Shown here in pieces: positions 8,751 to 18,401 of a stretch of DNA of 27,677 bases. The notes beneath the pieces were generated by a model. The model did no database searches. It was not told the origin of the DNA and worked only from the letters and a program-made list of their open reading frames with translations. Source of the stretch: Acidobacteriota bacterium (GTDB lineage: Bacteria; Acidobacteriota; UBA6911; JACQSX01). The stretch spans positions 1 through 27,677 of the forward strand of contig DASXQR010000098.1 of the NCBI GenBank assembly GCA_036507075.1, read 5' to 3'. The translations under genes and the position numbers were made by a program. How positions within the stretch are numbered: position 1 is the stretch's first letter; each line of letters begins with the position of its first letter.

Positions 8751-9329
8751 ATGCGAAGAGATGTGATGGTGAAGGGCTGTAGGGCGGTAGATCGTCTCCC
8801 TTCTGGAATACGTGCGCTTGTCAAGCACTATATCATCCACTTTCGCCCTCGTGCCCATGAAGAACTCAATCAATTCCGGAGAGAATCCGAGTTGGTTGAG
8901 GTCATTAACGCGGCGGCTTTGGCGCGACAGAAAAACGGAAAACGCTTCAGGCACCAATGTCGCATCCCGTCGCGGGCGCTTCACAAATGCGCCACGCGCC
9001 TGCTGAGGATCCAACCCCAGATAGCCTCGTGCCACTCGTTTGCGGAGCTGTTCACAATTGTTGAAAGCGCTATTGGAGATATTGAAGGAATCGGAGAGCT
9101 AACCATCTATGACACCGCGTTACGAATTGGGGCTCACCTGCGCCTCAAGCCTCGTGAGGTCTATCTCCACGCGGGAACGCGGGAAGGTGCAAGGTGCCTC
9201 GACTTGCCTGTGCACAGACGTTCAATTCGAGTCAGCGAAATGCCCGTGGCAGTTCGACGTTTGCAACCGCACGAAATTGAGGATTGGCTCTGCATTTACC
9301 GCGATCGCTTTTTGAATCTCCGCACGTGA
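8751..9329 (+). CDS. Helix-hairpin-helix DNA glycosylase-like protein
   Basis: HhH motif IEGIGELTIYD, then VYLHAGTREGA and a C-terminal EIEDWLCIY. Confidence 0.65.
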   Translation: MRRDVMVKGCRAVDRLPSGIRALVKHYIIHFRPRAHEELNQFRRESELVEVINAAALARQKNGKRFRHQCRIPSRALHKCATRLLRIQPQIASCHSFAELFTIVESAIGDIEGIGELTIYDTALRIGAHLRLKPREVYLHAGTREGARCLDLPVHRRSIRVSEMPVAVRRLQPHEIEDWLCIYRDRFLNLRT

Positions 9330-9340
9330 CCCAAATCGAA

Positions 9341-9359
9341 TTGCTCGCAGGCTGCTCAC
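9341..9359 (-). repeat. Internal arm-type tandem repeat (inverted)
   Basis: The minus strand reads GTGAGCAG-CCT-GCGAGCAA. Confidence 0.45.
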
Positions 9360-9840
9360 ACTCTCCAATCTGCGCTGGAATTCCAATAACTTACAGACAG
9401 CGTTGGGCAGTGAACCCAAAGTTTACGCTACAGCGACAATCTTCATCTGGACTCAAATGAAGCAGCCAACGCCGCATACTCATCACGCATCGGACCAGTG
9501 GTTACCGAGAGACCGAAAGGGAGTTAGTCCAGGATTCGCTCACACGTGCTGCGGTCCTCTTGCCCTCGGGGTGATTGGCGTGGTACTTGCGATTCAGTGC
9601 GCGAATATTGCCGGCTTGCAGCTGGCGCGGACGTCGAACCATCGAAACCGAAATCGGTGGCGAGACTGTTGTCCGAGTAGCCGACTTCACGGCCAAGTGA
9701 CCGCCGACATCAGAGGAGGAGCCGCATGGTGCTGGGATAGTTTCCGAGTGGCCGACGATGTGGACGGAACGATGGTGGACGCCGCGACGTTTATCGTGCT
9801 AAGTCTTGCGACCTTCGCCGGACCATGCCATTTTCGAACG

Positions 9841-10042
9841 TCACGGTCGCGCCCCGCGAAGCATGAAGATCATTCCTACCATGGCCGCGCCGAAGCACAC
9901 ACCGGAGCCGAGAAGCTGAACGATGTCCACAGCGCGATACATCTCGAAGCTTGGGCTTTGCGTCACCCGGTAAAAATCCGACGAAACCAATCAGCAGTGG
10001 GATAATCCAGACCACGATCGGCCGCCGTTTGCCATCAACCAT
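9841..10042 (-). pseudogene. Small membrane protein with a 1-nt frameshift
   Basis: AAGGAGG RBS and ATG at 10042; removing one base of the A run near 9972-9976 gives MVDGKRRPIVVWIIPLLIGFVGFYRVTQSPSFEMYRAVDIVQLLGSGVCFGAAMVGMIFMLRGARP* with two hydrophobic segments. Confidence 0.6.
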
Positions 10043-10115
10043 ATGCCTCCTTGGGGACAATCGGCCCGGCACTCCGCGGGCTTACTCTAGGCTGTTGTAT
10101 TGTATACAAGAAACT

Positions 10116-11063
<948 letters not shown>

Positions 11064-11363
11064 GGATTGTGAATGGCGCCATGCAGATCACCGCGAACTG
11101 CCAGTCCATCCCTTGTGGACCATGTGCGCTTGTGGATGTCAGCCGAGATCGGGTAATTCCAGATGTGTAATGCGCGAGCTGGAGCTCGGTGCGTTTGTCG
11201 GCTGCGCTGCTGCTCTTGATCGAGGGGTTTCAGACTGATATTGACGCCGACAAAAGGTGGCGTCGTCGTCAGACTGAAGTCGAACTTCAACCGGCGCCAC
11301 AGTGGGCCAGCCTTACCACAATCGAGCCGGCACGGCGGCGAGAACCAGCCCCTTGAGCATCAC

Positions 11364-11891
11364 CTACTGCCTCTCAAGGCGTTCCGCCAACAACTCGAGC
11401 AGGAAACTGTAGACCGCAATTACCACGATCGCGAGGCACTCCAACAGGACGACGATGATGTTCGGGGGCGTGGCGTCAAGCAGCCGCCCGACCAGATTCG
11501 CAGCCAATACCGCCACGAGCAACCCTGCTCCGAGCGCTTTTACCGTCAACAGCTCCGCTTTGGCCTTGTGCCCTGCCTGCCCTTCTTTCCGTCGTGACGC
11601 GTACCGTGCCAGACTCAGCAAAAGGAAGTACCCGAGTGGCGCAAGCAAAAGGAATTCGAACCCGCTGATCGCCTCCCGCAAGGCCTCTTCGGTGGCAGAC
11701 GTCGATCCTGCTGGCCAAAATACTAAACCGGCGTGAAGGAGCTTCCAGAGTCCAACTGATAGCAAACCTGCCATAGCCACGGCTGCACCCCACGCGGCGA
11801 CGTTCAGCAGCAGCAGTACGAGCGTTTCAAGCCAGGCGTACAAAAGCCCTGGAGCATTTTTCTTTGCCTCTTCCTGGACGTCATTCGGCAT
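11364..11891 (-). CDS. Hypothetical membrane protein (about 4 TM)
   Basis: Four hydrophobic segments; start overlaps the upstream ORF and follows a GGAGGGG RBS. Confidence 0.7.
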   Translation of the reverse strand: MPNDVQEEAKKNAPGLLYAWLETLVLLLLNVAAWGAAVAMAGLLSVGLWKLLHAGLVFWPAGSTSATEEALREAISGFEFLLLAPLGYFLLLSLARYASRRKEGQAGHKAKAELLTVKALGAGLLVAVLAANLVGRLLDATPPNIIVVLLECLAIVVIAVYSFLLELLAERLERQ

Positions 11892-12373
11892 CGCTGTCCC
11901 CTCCAGGGTCCGCCAAATTCCGAAGTTTATCTACTAACGTCCGAGGACGCACCGGAGTGTATTCGAACCAAGACCGCTGAAGCGCCTCGGCTAGATCGCG
12001 AAGCTCAGGAAAGTCACGCGGAATAACAACGCAGGTCCGACCCGTTCCCTTGAGGAGAATTTTTACGGCCCCGATGAATCTTTGCGGTGCCAATGCGATC
12101 ACCAACGGATTCGGCAGATGCTTGAGAACATCCTGCATTACCCACTCGGGAACCAATCGGTCCTCACTGGAATTCGGATCAATCAACTGATCGGGCCGTG
12201 TCGCCGGATCCGCAAGAGAAAAATCGAGAAGGACCGCGCTCGAGGAACTTGGTCTTCCACTTTCCCGATTTTGCTTTGTCGATAATCTCGATTCGAAAAA
12301 GTGGCGAACAGCGACGCTGCGGGTATTCCCGATAGGCGTATTCTTCACCCGCAGAAATGGCTTCGTGGTTCAT
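11881..12373 (-). pseudogene. Chimeric or frameshifted ORF pair (12373-12179 N-terminus; 12348-11881 C-terminus)
   Basis: MNHEAISAGEEYAYRE...GKWKTKFLE starts 6 nt after an attC-like core; the plausible reading switches frame near 12240 into AVLLDFSLADP... Confidence 0.45.
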
Positions 12374-12379
12374 GATTTC

Positions 12380-12397
12380 GTCTTAACGATGTTAGGC
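12380..12397 (-). other. Collapsed attC-like site
   Basis: The minus strand reads GCCTAAC-ATC-GTTAAGAC, with a stop codon in the first box and an ATG 6 nt after the second. Confidence 0.4.
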
Positions 12398-13123
12398 ATT
12401 GTCATTCCAGCGCAAGACCCGGTCCTGCCGCCGCAGCTCGTCAAGCGATCTACGAGCTGTCTCGCGGGCGGTTATGGGATTTTAGAATCCCTTCGAGGCG
12501 GCAGTTCAACAGTGCCGCGTACCGGGGTCGATTCGAGATTCGAACGGGATTCTTAAAACAGGACTTGTCGGCCCCTCGACCAGGACGTGGGCACTGACCT
12601 AGAATCGTCGTGCCGCCGGATTGTTCACAGATCGCCCACGTGCCGCAGGATCACACGCAATTTGTTGGGGGTTCAATCCAACTTGGACGAGTTTTCAAGA
12701 CGCGGTAGACTTGAGGCGGCCTACAGGCTTGCCAGCAGCCGCTCTAGCCCAATATCCGGCGGCTTGGTCGTGGGATCCGGAGGCGCAGGCAGACCTTTGC
12801 TATACCACATCCGACATTTCGTACTTCTTTGCGAGTTTCTGCATCGGCTTGTGACCAGACCTGGTCATAGGGCCGCTGACGATCATACCGGGGTTGTCAG
12901 ATAATATGATGGCTGCTCCCGTCGGACGAGATTTGTTCTCCTTCTTCCGCGGTGCGTGTTGATCTCCCCTGAGACCATGCCTCGCCGACTTTCCAGCATC
13001 TCAGGTCGACTCTATGGTAGAAGGTTGTAGGCGCACTGATCCATTCGATCGCTGCTCGGCCGATACCGGGCCGCTTCAATGAAGCGGTCTAGACTTCCAA
13101 GCTCTTAATGGGAACGCACGTAG

Positions 13124-15589
13124 TTGGAACCTAGTTTGGGAGTAATGGAAAGAGAGATCCAGTTTCACTCGAGACCGATACGCACAGCCTTTCTGGTCGA
13201 CCCAGATTCGACAGCTGTTGAATCGGAACTCGATGCGGCCGTCGATTTTAGCCTACGCCAGTGGGGAGGGTTATACAACCCCATCATTCCAGTAGTAAGG
13301 GGCAGCATTCCAGATCCCTTCTTCCGCCTCATGAGAATGGCAGATCCCGATCTTGTGTACAGCTATACAGATCTGTCCCCTGGAATAGTTGACAGAATTG
13401 ATCGTCTCGTTGGACCGCTTCACTTGGTCCGCCATACCGAAAATGGTGGAAGCACCGACTTTGAAAAGAAGCGCATTCTACAAGGGGCACATTTTTGTCC
13501 ATTCGATATCCAGTACTGCATTCCGAAACAGGTTATCCCTAGTAGGCCCCGCAGGATACCGATCATCCAGAACGACTGCGCCCAAACCCTAATCAGAATC
13601 CTAAAGCGCAACTTTGGAGTCTGTCCGGAGCATTATCCCGGACAACTTCCTCCCTTTGTGGAGGTCTTCGAAATCGATCGTACGGCGAATCTGGCATCCG
13701 TAATGGAAGCTGTGAGATCTCCGGAAATCCTTTTTCCGATCACGTTATCATCTGTCGACTTTGAACCTCCAGAAACGAACCAATCTTATAAGTTCGCAGA
13801 GTTCACTGTAATCGTTGGGGATTCCTGCTGGAACACCATTTGGGGCTGGGATCGAATTAATCTGTTGCCCGCATGGAGGAAGAGCCACCTTAACCAGTTG
13901 ATTTTACCAAGAGCGATCTTTGATAGTCCGGAGCATATCAACGTATTAGCTGCATTCTTGGAAAGCATTGCACAACGAAATTTTGGGAGCCTGCCCCGCC
14001 TTGGTTTTGAATCTTACGATCTAACCAATGCAGAACTTCAGGAATGTATTGACCGTTTGCCGAAAGGAGTTGGCCATACTTTCAGGTCGATGGAACCACA
14101 AGCGTTAACCAAGGGAGACTTACCCGAATTCACGGTTAGAGACTGGGGGTTGTTTCGAGAACCCCCTTACACCAAGCGGGACTGGTTCCGAGACGTGGCT
14201 CGACTTCGAGTTTCGCCTCCACCTATGCTTTCGCTGTCTGCTAGCCCCGTGGAGTGGATGGTGGAAACAAGAATTGAGCAACGCCCGGGCAGGTATTCCA
14301 ACAGGAAGGACTGGTTGCAGGTGCCTAAGAGCATGGCTCTCGGCCAATTGTTTTCGACAGGGGGTATCGCGAGAATCAACCGTAACGGTCTCCCCACCTA
14401 TCTTGTATCCAATGGACCTGCAGTACTTGAAATTCATCCACCAAATGATCGAATGATCTTCCAGGTAATTTATTCTGGATCTAGCCATCCGCCATTCACA
14501 GATGACGTCCGTGCCGACAGGCCCGCTCCATTTCGCTATGTTGAACTATCGGATAAAGGCCGGCACATAGATGGTGTACTACAATTATTTCCAACGTTGT
14601 GGGAGGCCGGCGACATGGTCTCCAGTCCGTTCTGGAGATCAACTTTGGAGTGGCTCTGTCGGCGTAGGGCCTCCCTGGATGCGACTGTCCTCGATCAGAT
14701 AGAGAGGCGCCTTGCGAAGCAAGTTACATTGCCGATCGGCAACAGGAGTGAGTATCTGAAAGTTCTTAGCCGAATTGTCCTCAACACAGCGAAACACCTT
14801 CCCATACCTAAGCCCGAAGTCCAACTGGATCAACTAGCCAAACGGCTAGTTCATGAGCGAAAGATTTGTCCGGAACTCAAAGTGGAAGCTCCCGTGGGTA
14901 GTCGAATCGGGCGTGAAGAAATGAGACGGCTCATGGAAGTACTGGTAAAAATAATGGAAGCAAAAGCTCCGGCGGAAGCTCAGGACGATCTTAAGGAAGC
15001 ACTTGCAACTTATGTCAGCAACTCCATTTTTATTCAGGGAATAAACCCTTCATGTCCGAAATGTGGACTGAAACTGTGGTTTCCAGTTAATGAACTCGGT
15101 AGGATCCTCACGTGCCGAGGATGTCTATCAGAATTCAATCTACCAATTGAACCTACGTGGTCCTACCGCCTTAATGAGTTGATGGTGGCCGCTGTCGTCC
15201 ACGGAGGTTTGCCAGTGCTCTGGACACTGACCACACTGAGTCAACAGGCTCAGAAAAGTTTTTTGTTTTTTCCGAGCGTGAACTTATATAACAAAGAAGT
15301 CGCCGCAGAAGCAGAGGTCGACATTACCTATATCATCGACGGCAAGCTCGGCATCGCGGAGGTAAAGCTGTCAGCGGATGATTTCAAACCAGCGGATCTG
15401 GGAAGGATGGAAAGGGTCGCTCGAGAGATTGAGCCTGATCTAGTGTTATTCTCCGTTTTCAGCCCACGTGGCAAGGCTCGATTGGCGGAGCTTGCGAAGA
15501 CGTTTGAATCCCAAGTAAGCGATCTTAACGTCGCAATTCAACGCCTCCAAGCGCCAGAGGAGGCGTTCACTCCACGATTCTGGCTCTGA
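13124..15589 (+). CDS. Large protein with C-terminal Zn ribbon and PD-(D/E)XK-like nuclease domain
   Basis: CPKC...CRGC and EVDITYIIDGKLGIAEVK; N-terminal RPIRTAFLV...WGGLYNPIIP; possible start ATG 13145. Confidence 0.75.
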   Translation: MEPSLGVMEREIQFHSRPIRTAFLVDPDSTAVESELDAAVDFSLRQWGGLYNPIIPVVRGSIPDPFFRLMRMADPDLVYSYTDLSPGIVDRIDRLVGPLHLVRHTENGGSTDFEKKRILQGAHFCPFDIQYCIPKQVIPSRPRRIPIIQNDCAQTLIRILKRNFGVCPEHYPGQLPPFVEVFEIDRTANLASVMEAVRSPEILFPITLSSVDFEPPETNQSYKFAEFTVIVGDSCWNTIWGWDRINLLPAWRKSHLNQLILPRAIFDSPEHINVLAAFLESIAQRNFGSLPRLGFESYDLTNAELQECIDRLPKGVGHTFRSMEPQALTKGDLPEFTVRDWGLFREPPYTKRDWFRDVARLRVSPPPMLSLSASPVEWMVETRIEQRPGRYSNRKDWLQVPKSMALGQLFSTGGIARINRNGLPTYLVSNGPAVLEIHPPNDRMIFQVIYSGSSHPPFTDDVRADRPAPFRYVELSDKGRHIDGVLQLFPTLWEAGDMVSSPFWRSTLEWLCRRRASLDATVLDQIERRLAKQVTLPIGNRSEYLKVLSRIVLNTAKHLPIPKPEVQLDQLAKRLVHERKICPELKVEAPVGSRIGREEMRRLMEVLVKIMEAKAPAEAQDDLKEALATYVSNSIFIQGINPSCPKCGLKLWFPVNELGRILTCRGCLSEFNLPIEPTWSYRLNELMVAAVVHGGLPVLWTLTTLSQQAQKSFLFFPSVNLYNKEVAAEAEVDITYIIDGKLGIAEVKLSADDFKPADLGRMERVAREIEPDLVLFSVFSPRGKARLAELAKTFESQVSDLNVAIQRLQAPEEAFTPRFWL

Positions 15590-15713
15590 GAAAGTCAACA
15601 AGGAGTTTTTGGGAAAATTCATGCTAAGAGCCCACTGCGCCCCGATTGCATTACCTATCGATGTACCTGGCGTTCCGTGCCATATGGCAGTTCCGTTCAT
15701 GTGTTCCGGTGCC

Positions 15714-15803
15714 GTCTAACGTGGGCATCAGCCTCGCCCCGTACAATATGGCGATTTGTGGAACAGGTTGTGGCGCGTCGGCTAAATAGTTCCGGGGTTA
15801 GAC
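15714..15803 (-). other. attC-like site (best preserved, 90 bp)
   Basis: Minus strand GTCTAAC...AGCCGACGCGCC...GGGGCGAGGCTGATGCCCAC-GTTAGAC has complementary RYYYAAC/GTTRRRY boxes and an internal palindrome, 13 bp after the GIY-YIG stop. Confidence 0.8.
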
Positions 15804-15816
15804 CTCATCCCGTCAA

Positions 15817-16332
15817 CTACCCAAGCCTACCCTCGAACAGTGGTTGGAGTCTTGCCTGAATGAATGTTTCAAGAAACGATAAAGCCCGATCGTTCACAGC
15901 GAGATCTACGATCAGATTGCAGCGACTGGTTTTTTGTTTAATCCACTTGCCGACCGTTAACTCGTCAAGCCCGTCAACCTGTATCTGCATCTCCGGGTGT
16001 ATGACGGCCTTCAGTCGATCGCGATTACTGAGGATTGATTTGGCAAGGTTACTGGGGGAACTCCGGGGATTGTAATGCTGGCTGGTGTACCTTGCGGCAC
16101 TTTGGGGCCCCGACTTTCCCACCTTCAGACAGCGGTCTCCGACCGAAAACCAATAAATCGCGTGCTTCCGGAAAGGGAGTTTCGATGGCTTATGGGGAGC
16201 CGCAAGAAACTCTCCTCGAATGAGCTTGGCATGCACAGTCAGGCCAGTATGTGCCGAAGCTGCGATGAAGACCATAATGAGATCGTCAACGTCTTTCTTT
16301 GAACAAGGTACTGTTGATGCCATGGCGATCAC
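15817..16332 (-). CDS. GIY-YIG-like nuclease (gene cassette)
   Basis: AIYWF...LKVGKS...ARYTSQH...LETFIQARLQPLF; flanked by attC-like sites; start may be ATG 16323. Confidence 0.7.
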   Translation of the reverse strand: MIAMASTVPCSKKDVDDLIMVFIAASAHTGLTVHAKLIRGEFLAAPHKPSKLPFRKHAIYWFSVGDRCLKVGKSGPQSAARYTSQHYNPRSSPSNLAKSILSNRDRLKAVIHPEMQIQVDGLDELTVGKWIKQKTSRCNLIVDLAVNDRALSFLETFIQARLQPLFEGRLG

Positions 16333-16339
16333 ACCTGCG

Positions 16340-16397
16340 GTCTAAGCAATTGGCCATCAGCGGCGCGTTGCCATCGGTCGCGTGTCCGCGGTTAGGC
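16340..16397 (-). other. Degenerate attC-like site (58 bp)
   Basis: Minus strand GCCTAACCGCGG...GCGCCGCTGATGGCCAATT-GCTTAGAC lies between the NTase stop and the GIY-YIG start. Confidence 0.65.
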
Positions 16398-16402
16398 GGA
16401 CC

Positions 16403-16918
16403 TCAAGACTCCAGAAATGCAATATCTGCTTGTTCTTCTCTTCGTCGTTTCTCGTCTCTCGCCGCAGCGCTCCGTTTGATAAACAGCAGGTCCTCTTTTG
16501 AAACGACCGAGATCGGAATGCCGTTCTCGATGACTGATTCACGCTTCGAATGTGCAGTTTCGAAGTCCAGGCCGTCAACTGAGGTAAGGATATCCAGAGC
16601 AGGACCATGGGGGGCGAGCGATATCCTTTTACGCGGGAGCATCAACTCATCAGCTGTAAAGTTCGGAGTGTATCCCAACACTGTGCGGATGGTTTCAAAC
16701 AGTTTTCGGACATTCTCTGTGGAGTTATTTGCCAAAATATCCACGTCTTCCGCATAACGGCGACTACCATAAAATCTCATCGCATAGCCTCCAATGAGCA
16801 AGTAGTCAACTGCATTACGGCTAAGCACCTCCATGGCGACTAACTCGGCTTCAGGAATTCCAAGCATCTGCTCGTGGACCCTAGTTTCGTAAGTACTCTC
16901 TGTGTTGGTCTGGCTCAC
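16403..16918 (-). CDS. Nucleotidyltransferase-family protein (gene cassette)
   Basis: YLLIGGYAMRFYG...EDVDIL (GG...DxD), LDIL, EDLLFIKR...R...D; the GTG start coincides with the attC R' box, so the true start may be downstream. Confidence 0.8.
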   Translation of the reverse strand: MSQTNTESTYETRVHEQMLGIPEAELVAMEVLSRNAVDYLLIGGYAMRFYGSRRYAEDVDILANNSTENVRKLFETIRTVLGYTPNFTADELMLPRKRISLAPHGPALDILTSVDGLDFETAHSKRESVIENGIPISVVSKEDLLFIKRSAAARDEKRRREEQADIAFLES

Positions 16919-17000
16919 CTGGGGACCAGCCGCGCGCCCGACACGATCTTGCGATCCGCCGTAATCGCAGTGGCGTGTCGGCTGGATGTCGCGGCTACGC
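16912..17000 (-). other. Mutated full-length attC-like site (89 bp)
   Basis: GCGTAGC-CGCGACATCCAGCCGACACGCCAC...ATCGCAAGATCGT...GGGCGCGCGGCTGGTCCCCAG-GTGAGCC aligns end to end with 15714-15803; both R boxes are mutated. Confidence 0.7.
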
Positions 17001-17021
17001 CCAAGCTACATCTTAAATCTG
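17001..17021 (-). promoter_or_regulatory. 21-bp TAAGAT motif abutting attC (possible -10 element)
   Basis: CAGATTTAAGATGTAGCTTGG; related copies at 18065-18085 (-) and 18545-18565 (+). Confidence 0.4.
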
Positions 17022-17181
17022 GGGGGATCGTTTTTGGAATCTCTGAGTGACACCCATTCTGTTTAGGTTTCCGGAATGGTGTCGAGCGTTTTCGCCTTTT
17101 GCGGCAAGTGACATGCGCCTGGATGTCGTGAGGGCCGGGGAACCGCGTGGTCGGAGAGAGACGTAGGGGTAAGAGCTTTTG

Positions 17182-18009
17182 TCACCTAACGACACGCATC
17201 ACATCGGCGGTTGGTTGCCGGCTGCCGCATGCTCGCGTTAGGCGCCCGGCGGCTTCCGCCTGCTCGGGTTCCCGTCCTTCCCGAAGGTGTCGACCCTGCT
17301 CTGATGCATAGCCCCAAGCCTTTTCCACGACCTGATCCAGCGGTGCCGGAATCAGGCCCGGATGTCGCGACAGCAACTGACCAAGTGTAGGCCTCGCATC
17401 GCCACAGACATCGCGCGCAATACACTCCAAAGCCACCATCGCGTGTTGGATAGCGCCGGTGAGGTCAGGCACAGGTCGCCGTGATAAGTCTTGCAATGCC
17501 TGGTGAAGTTCGTTCCTTGCTGTCATACTGCCAGCATCTTCCAACCGTTCTATCGCTCTGTTGACAGGTTCCTGAAATGACTCCGGCCCTCGAGCCTGTA
17601 CCAGACCACCGACGAGCTGCCACCCTATGCCAGCCCCACGGAAGTACAGGTTGATCTCGTTTGCAAAGTAGTCCGGGCGCGGAGGTCGCTGGAAATCGGC
17701 CGACGAAGTGTTGCGTAGGAAATGATCCACTGCCTCGACAATGTCGTACACCTCATGCCACGCGCATTCACGGAGGCGCCGTCGCACTTCTTCGTCGACA
17801 TTCGGAAAGTCGGACCAGTTCCAAGACTCTTCCTCGACCCGAAGAACGCGGGAGACAATGCGCCTCAGCTGTGTCGGTTGGAGGCCGGCCTCGTACGCAA
17901 TATCGACGACAGCGATGCGGAGTCCAGTGGGCGCATCTTGCCTGACCGTTATCTCGGCGTCTTCCGGTTCGAAACCGAGTCTTCTGGAGAAGCGGTCACT
18001 AGAACTCAT
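17182..18009 (-). CDS. AbiJ N-terminal-domain-like protein, probably C-terminally deleted (gene cassette)
   Basis: RFSRRLG...ITVRQDAP...WHEVYDIVE...EINLYF...GIGWQL and TGAIQHAMVALE...GRH recall AbiJ-NTD4 proteins; the last ~20 codons read through the attC. Confidence 0.7.
   Translation of the reverse strand: MSSSDRFSRRLGFEPEDAEITVRQDAPTGLRIAVVDIAYEAGLQPTQLRRIVSRVLRVEEESWNWSDFPNVDEEVRRRLRECAWHEVYDIVEAVDHFLRNTSSADFQRPPRPDYFANEINLYFRGAGIGWQLVGGLVQARGPESFQEPVNRAIERLEDAGSMTARNELHQALQDLSRRPVPDLTGAIQHAMVALECIARDVCGDARPTLGQLLSRHPGLIPAPLDQVVEKAWGYASEQGRHLREGREPEQAEAAGRLTRACGSRQPTADVMRVVR
17184..17243 (-). other. attC-like site (60 bp)
   Basis: Minus strand GCCTAAC-GCGAGCATGC...GTGATGCGTGTC-GTTAGGT. 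Confidence 0.7.
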
Positions 18010-18028
18010 AGCGATCTGATAGAGACTT

Positions 18029-18060
18029 GCCTAACGACAGACTGCATTCCGATGTTAAGC
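18029..18060 (-). other. Internally deleted attC-like site (32 bp)
   Basis: Minus strand GCTTAAC-ATCGGAATGCAG-TCTGTC-GTTAGGC, 19 bp before the AbiJ-like ATG. Confidence 0.65.
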
Positions 18061-18251
18061 GGGACGAACCTACATCTTAGACCTGAATGGTTCGAATTGA
18101 TAACGGGGTAATCCGCTACCTCAGGCAAGTGCTGAATGCGAAGGATTCAGTCGGAGGACGCGTAGAGCCCGAGACGGGGACGCACGACATTTTGTCTATG
18201 CGGTGAAAAACTGTGAAACACTCATCTCAATCGTGCCCACCAGCCATTTCT

Positions 18252-18270
18252 GTGAGCAATTAGTGAGCAG
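18252..18270 (+). repeat. Arm-type tandem repeat, attR copy
   Basis: GTGAGCAA-TTA-GTGAGCAG about 84 bp before the attR core. Confidence 0.65.
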
Positions 18271-18353
18271 TTACTCGCAAACAGCATCAAAAACCAAGTA
18301 GTCAGCGCAACCTAAATGCTTGAGCGTACAGGACGAGCAACAACTGTGTTTTC

Positions 18354-18401
18354 CTCATAACCCAAAGGTCGCGGCTTCAAATCCCGCCCCCGCTACCAAC
18401 C
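18354..18401 (+). repeat. attR core: second copy of the tRNA-fMet 3' half
   Basis: 47/48 identical to 875-922, with one G>C change in the T-stem. Confidence 0.92.

Noticed and set aside
9410..9460. att-core fragments AACCCAAAG and GGACTCA
   Set aside because: The matches are short, in the wrong order, and inconsistent with the arm orientation.
11308..11360. Further attC after the membrane-protein gene
   Set aside because: A GTAAGGC-like box is present but there is no matching RYYYAAC box or convincing hairpin.
12587..13079. Short ORFs between the collapsed attC and the 821-aa gene
   Set aside because: No motif or clear RBS; cannot tell which frame, if any, is real.
15446..15700. 84-aa ORF following the 15714 attC
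   Set aside because: Its ATG is placed like a cassette start, but it overlaps the 821-aa gene antisense and has no motif; at most a remnant.
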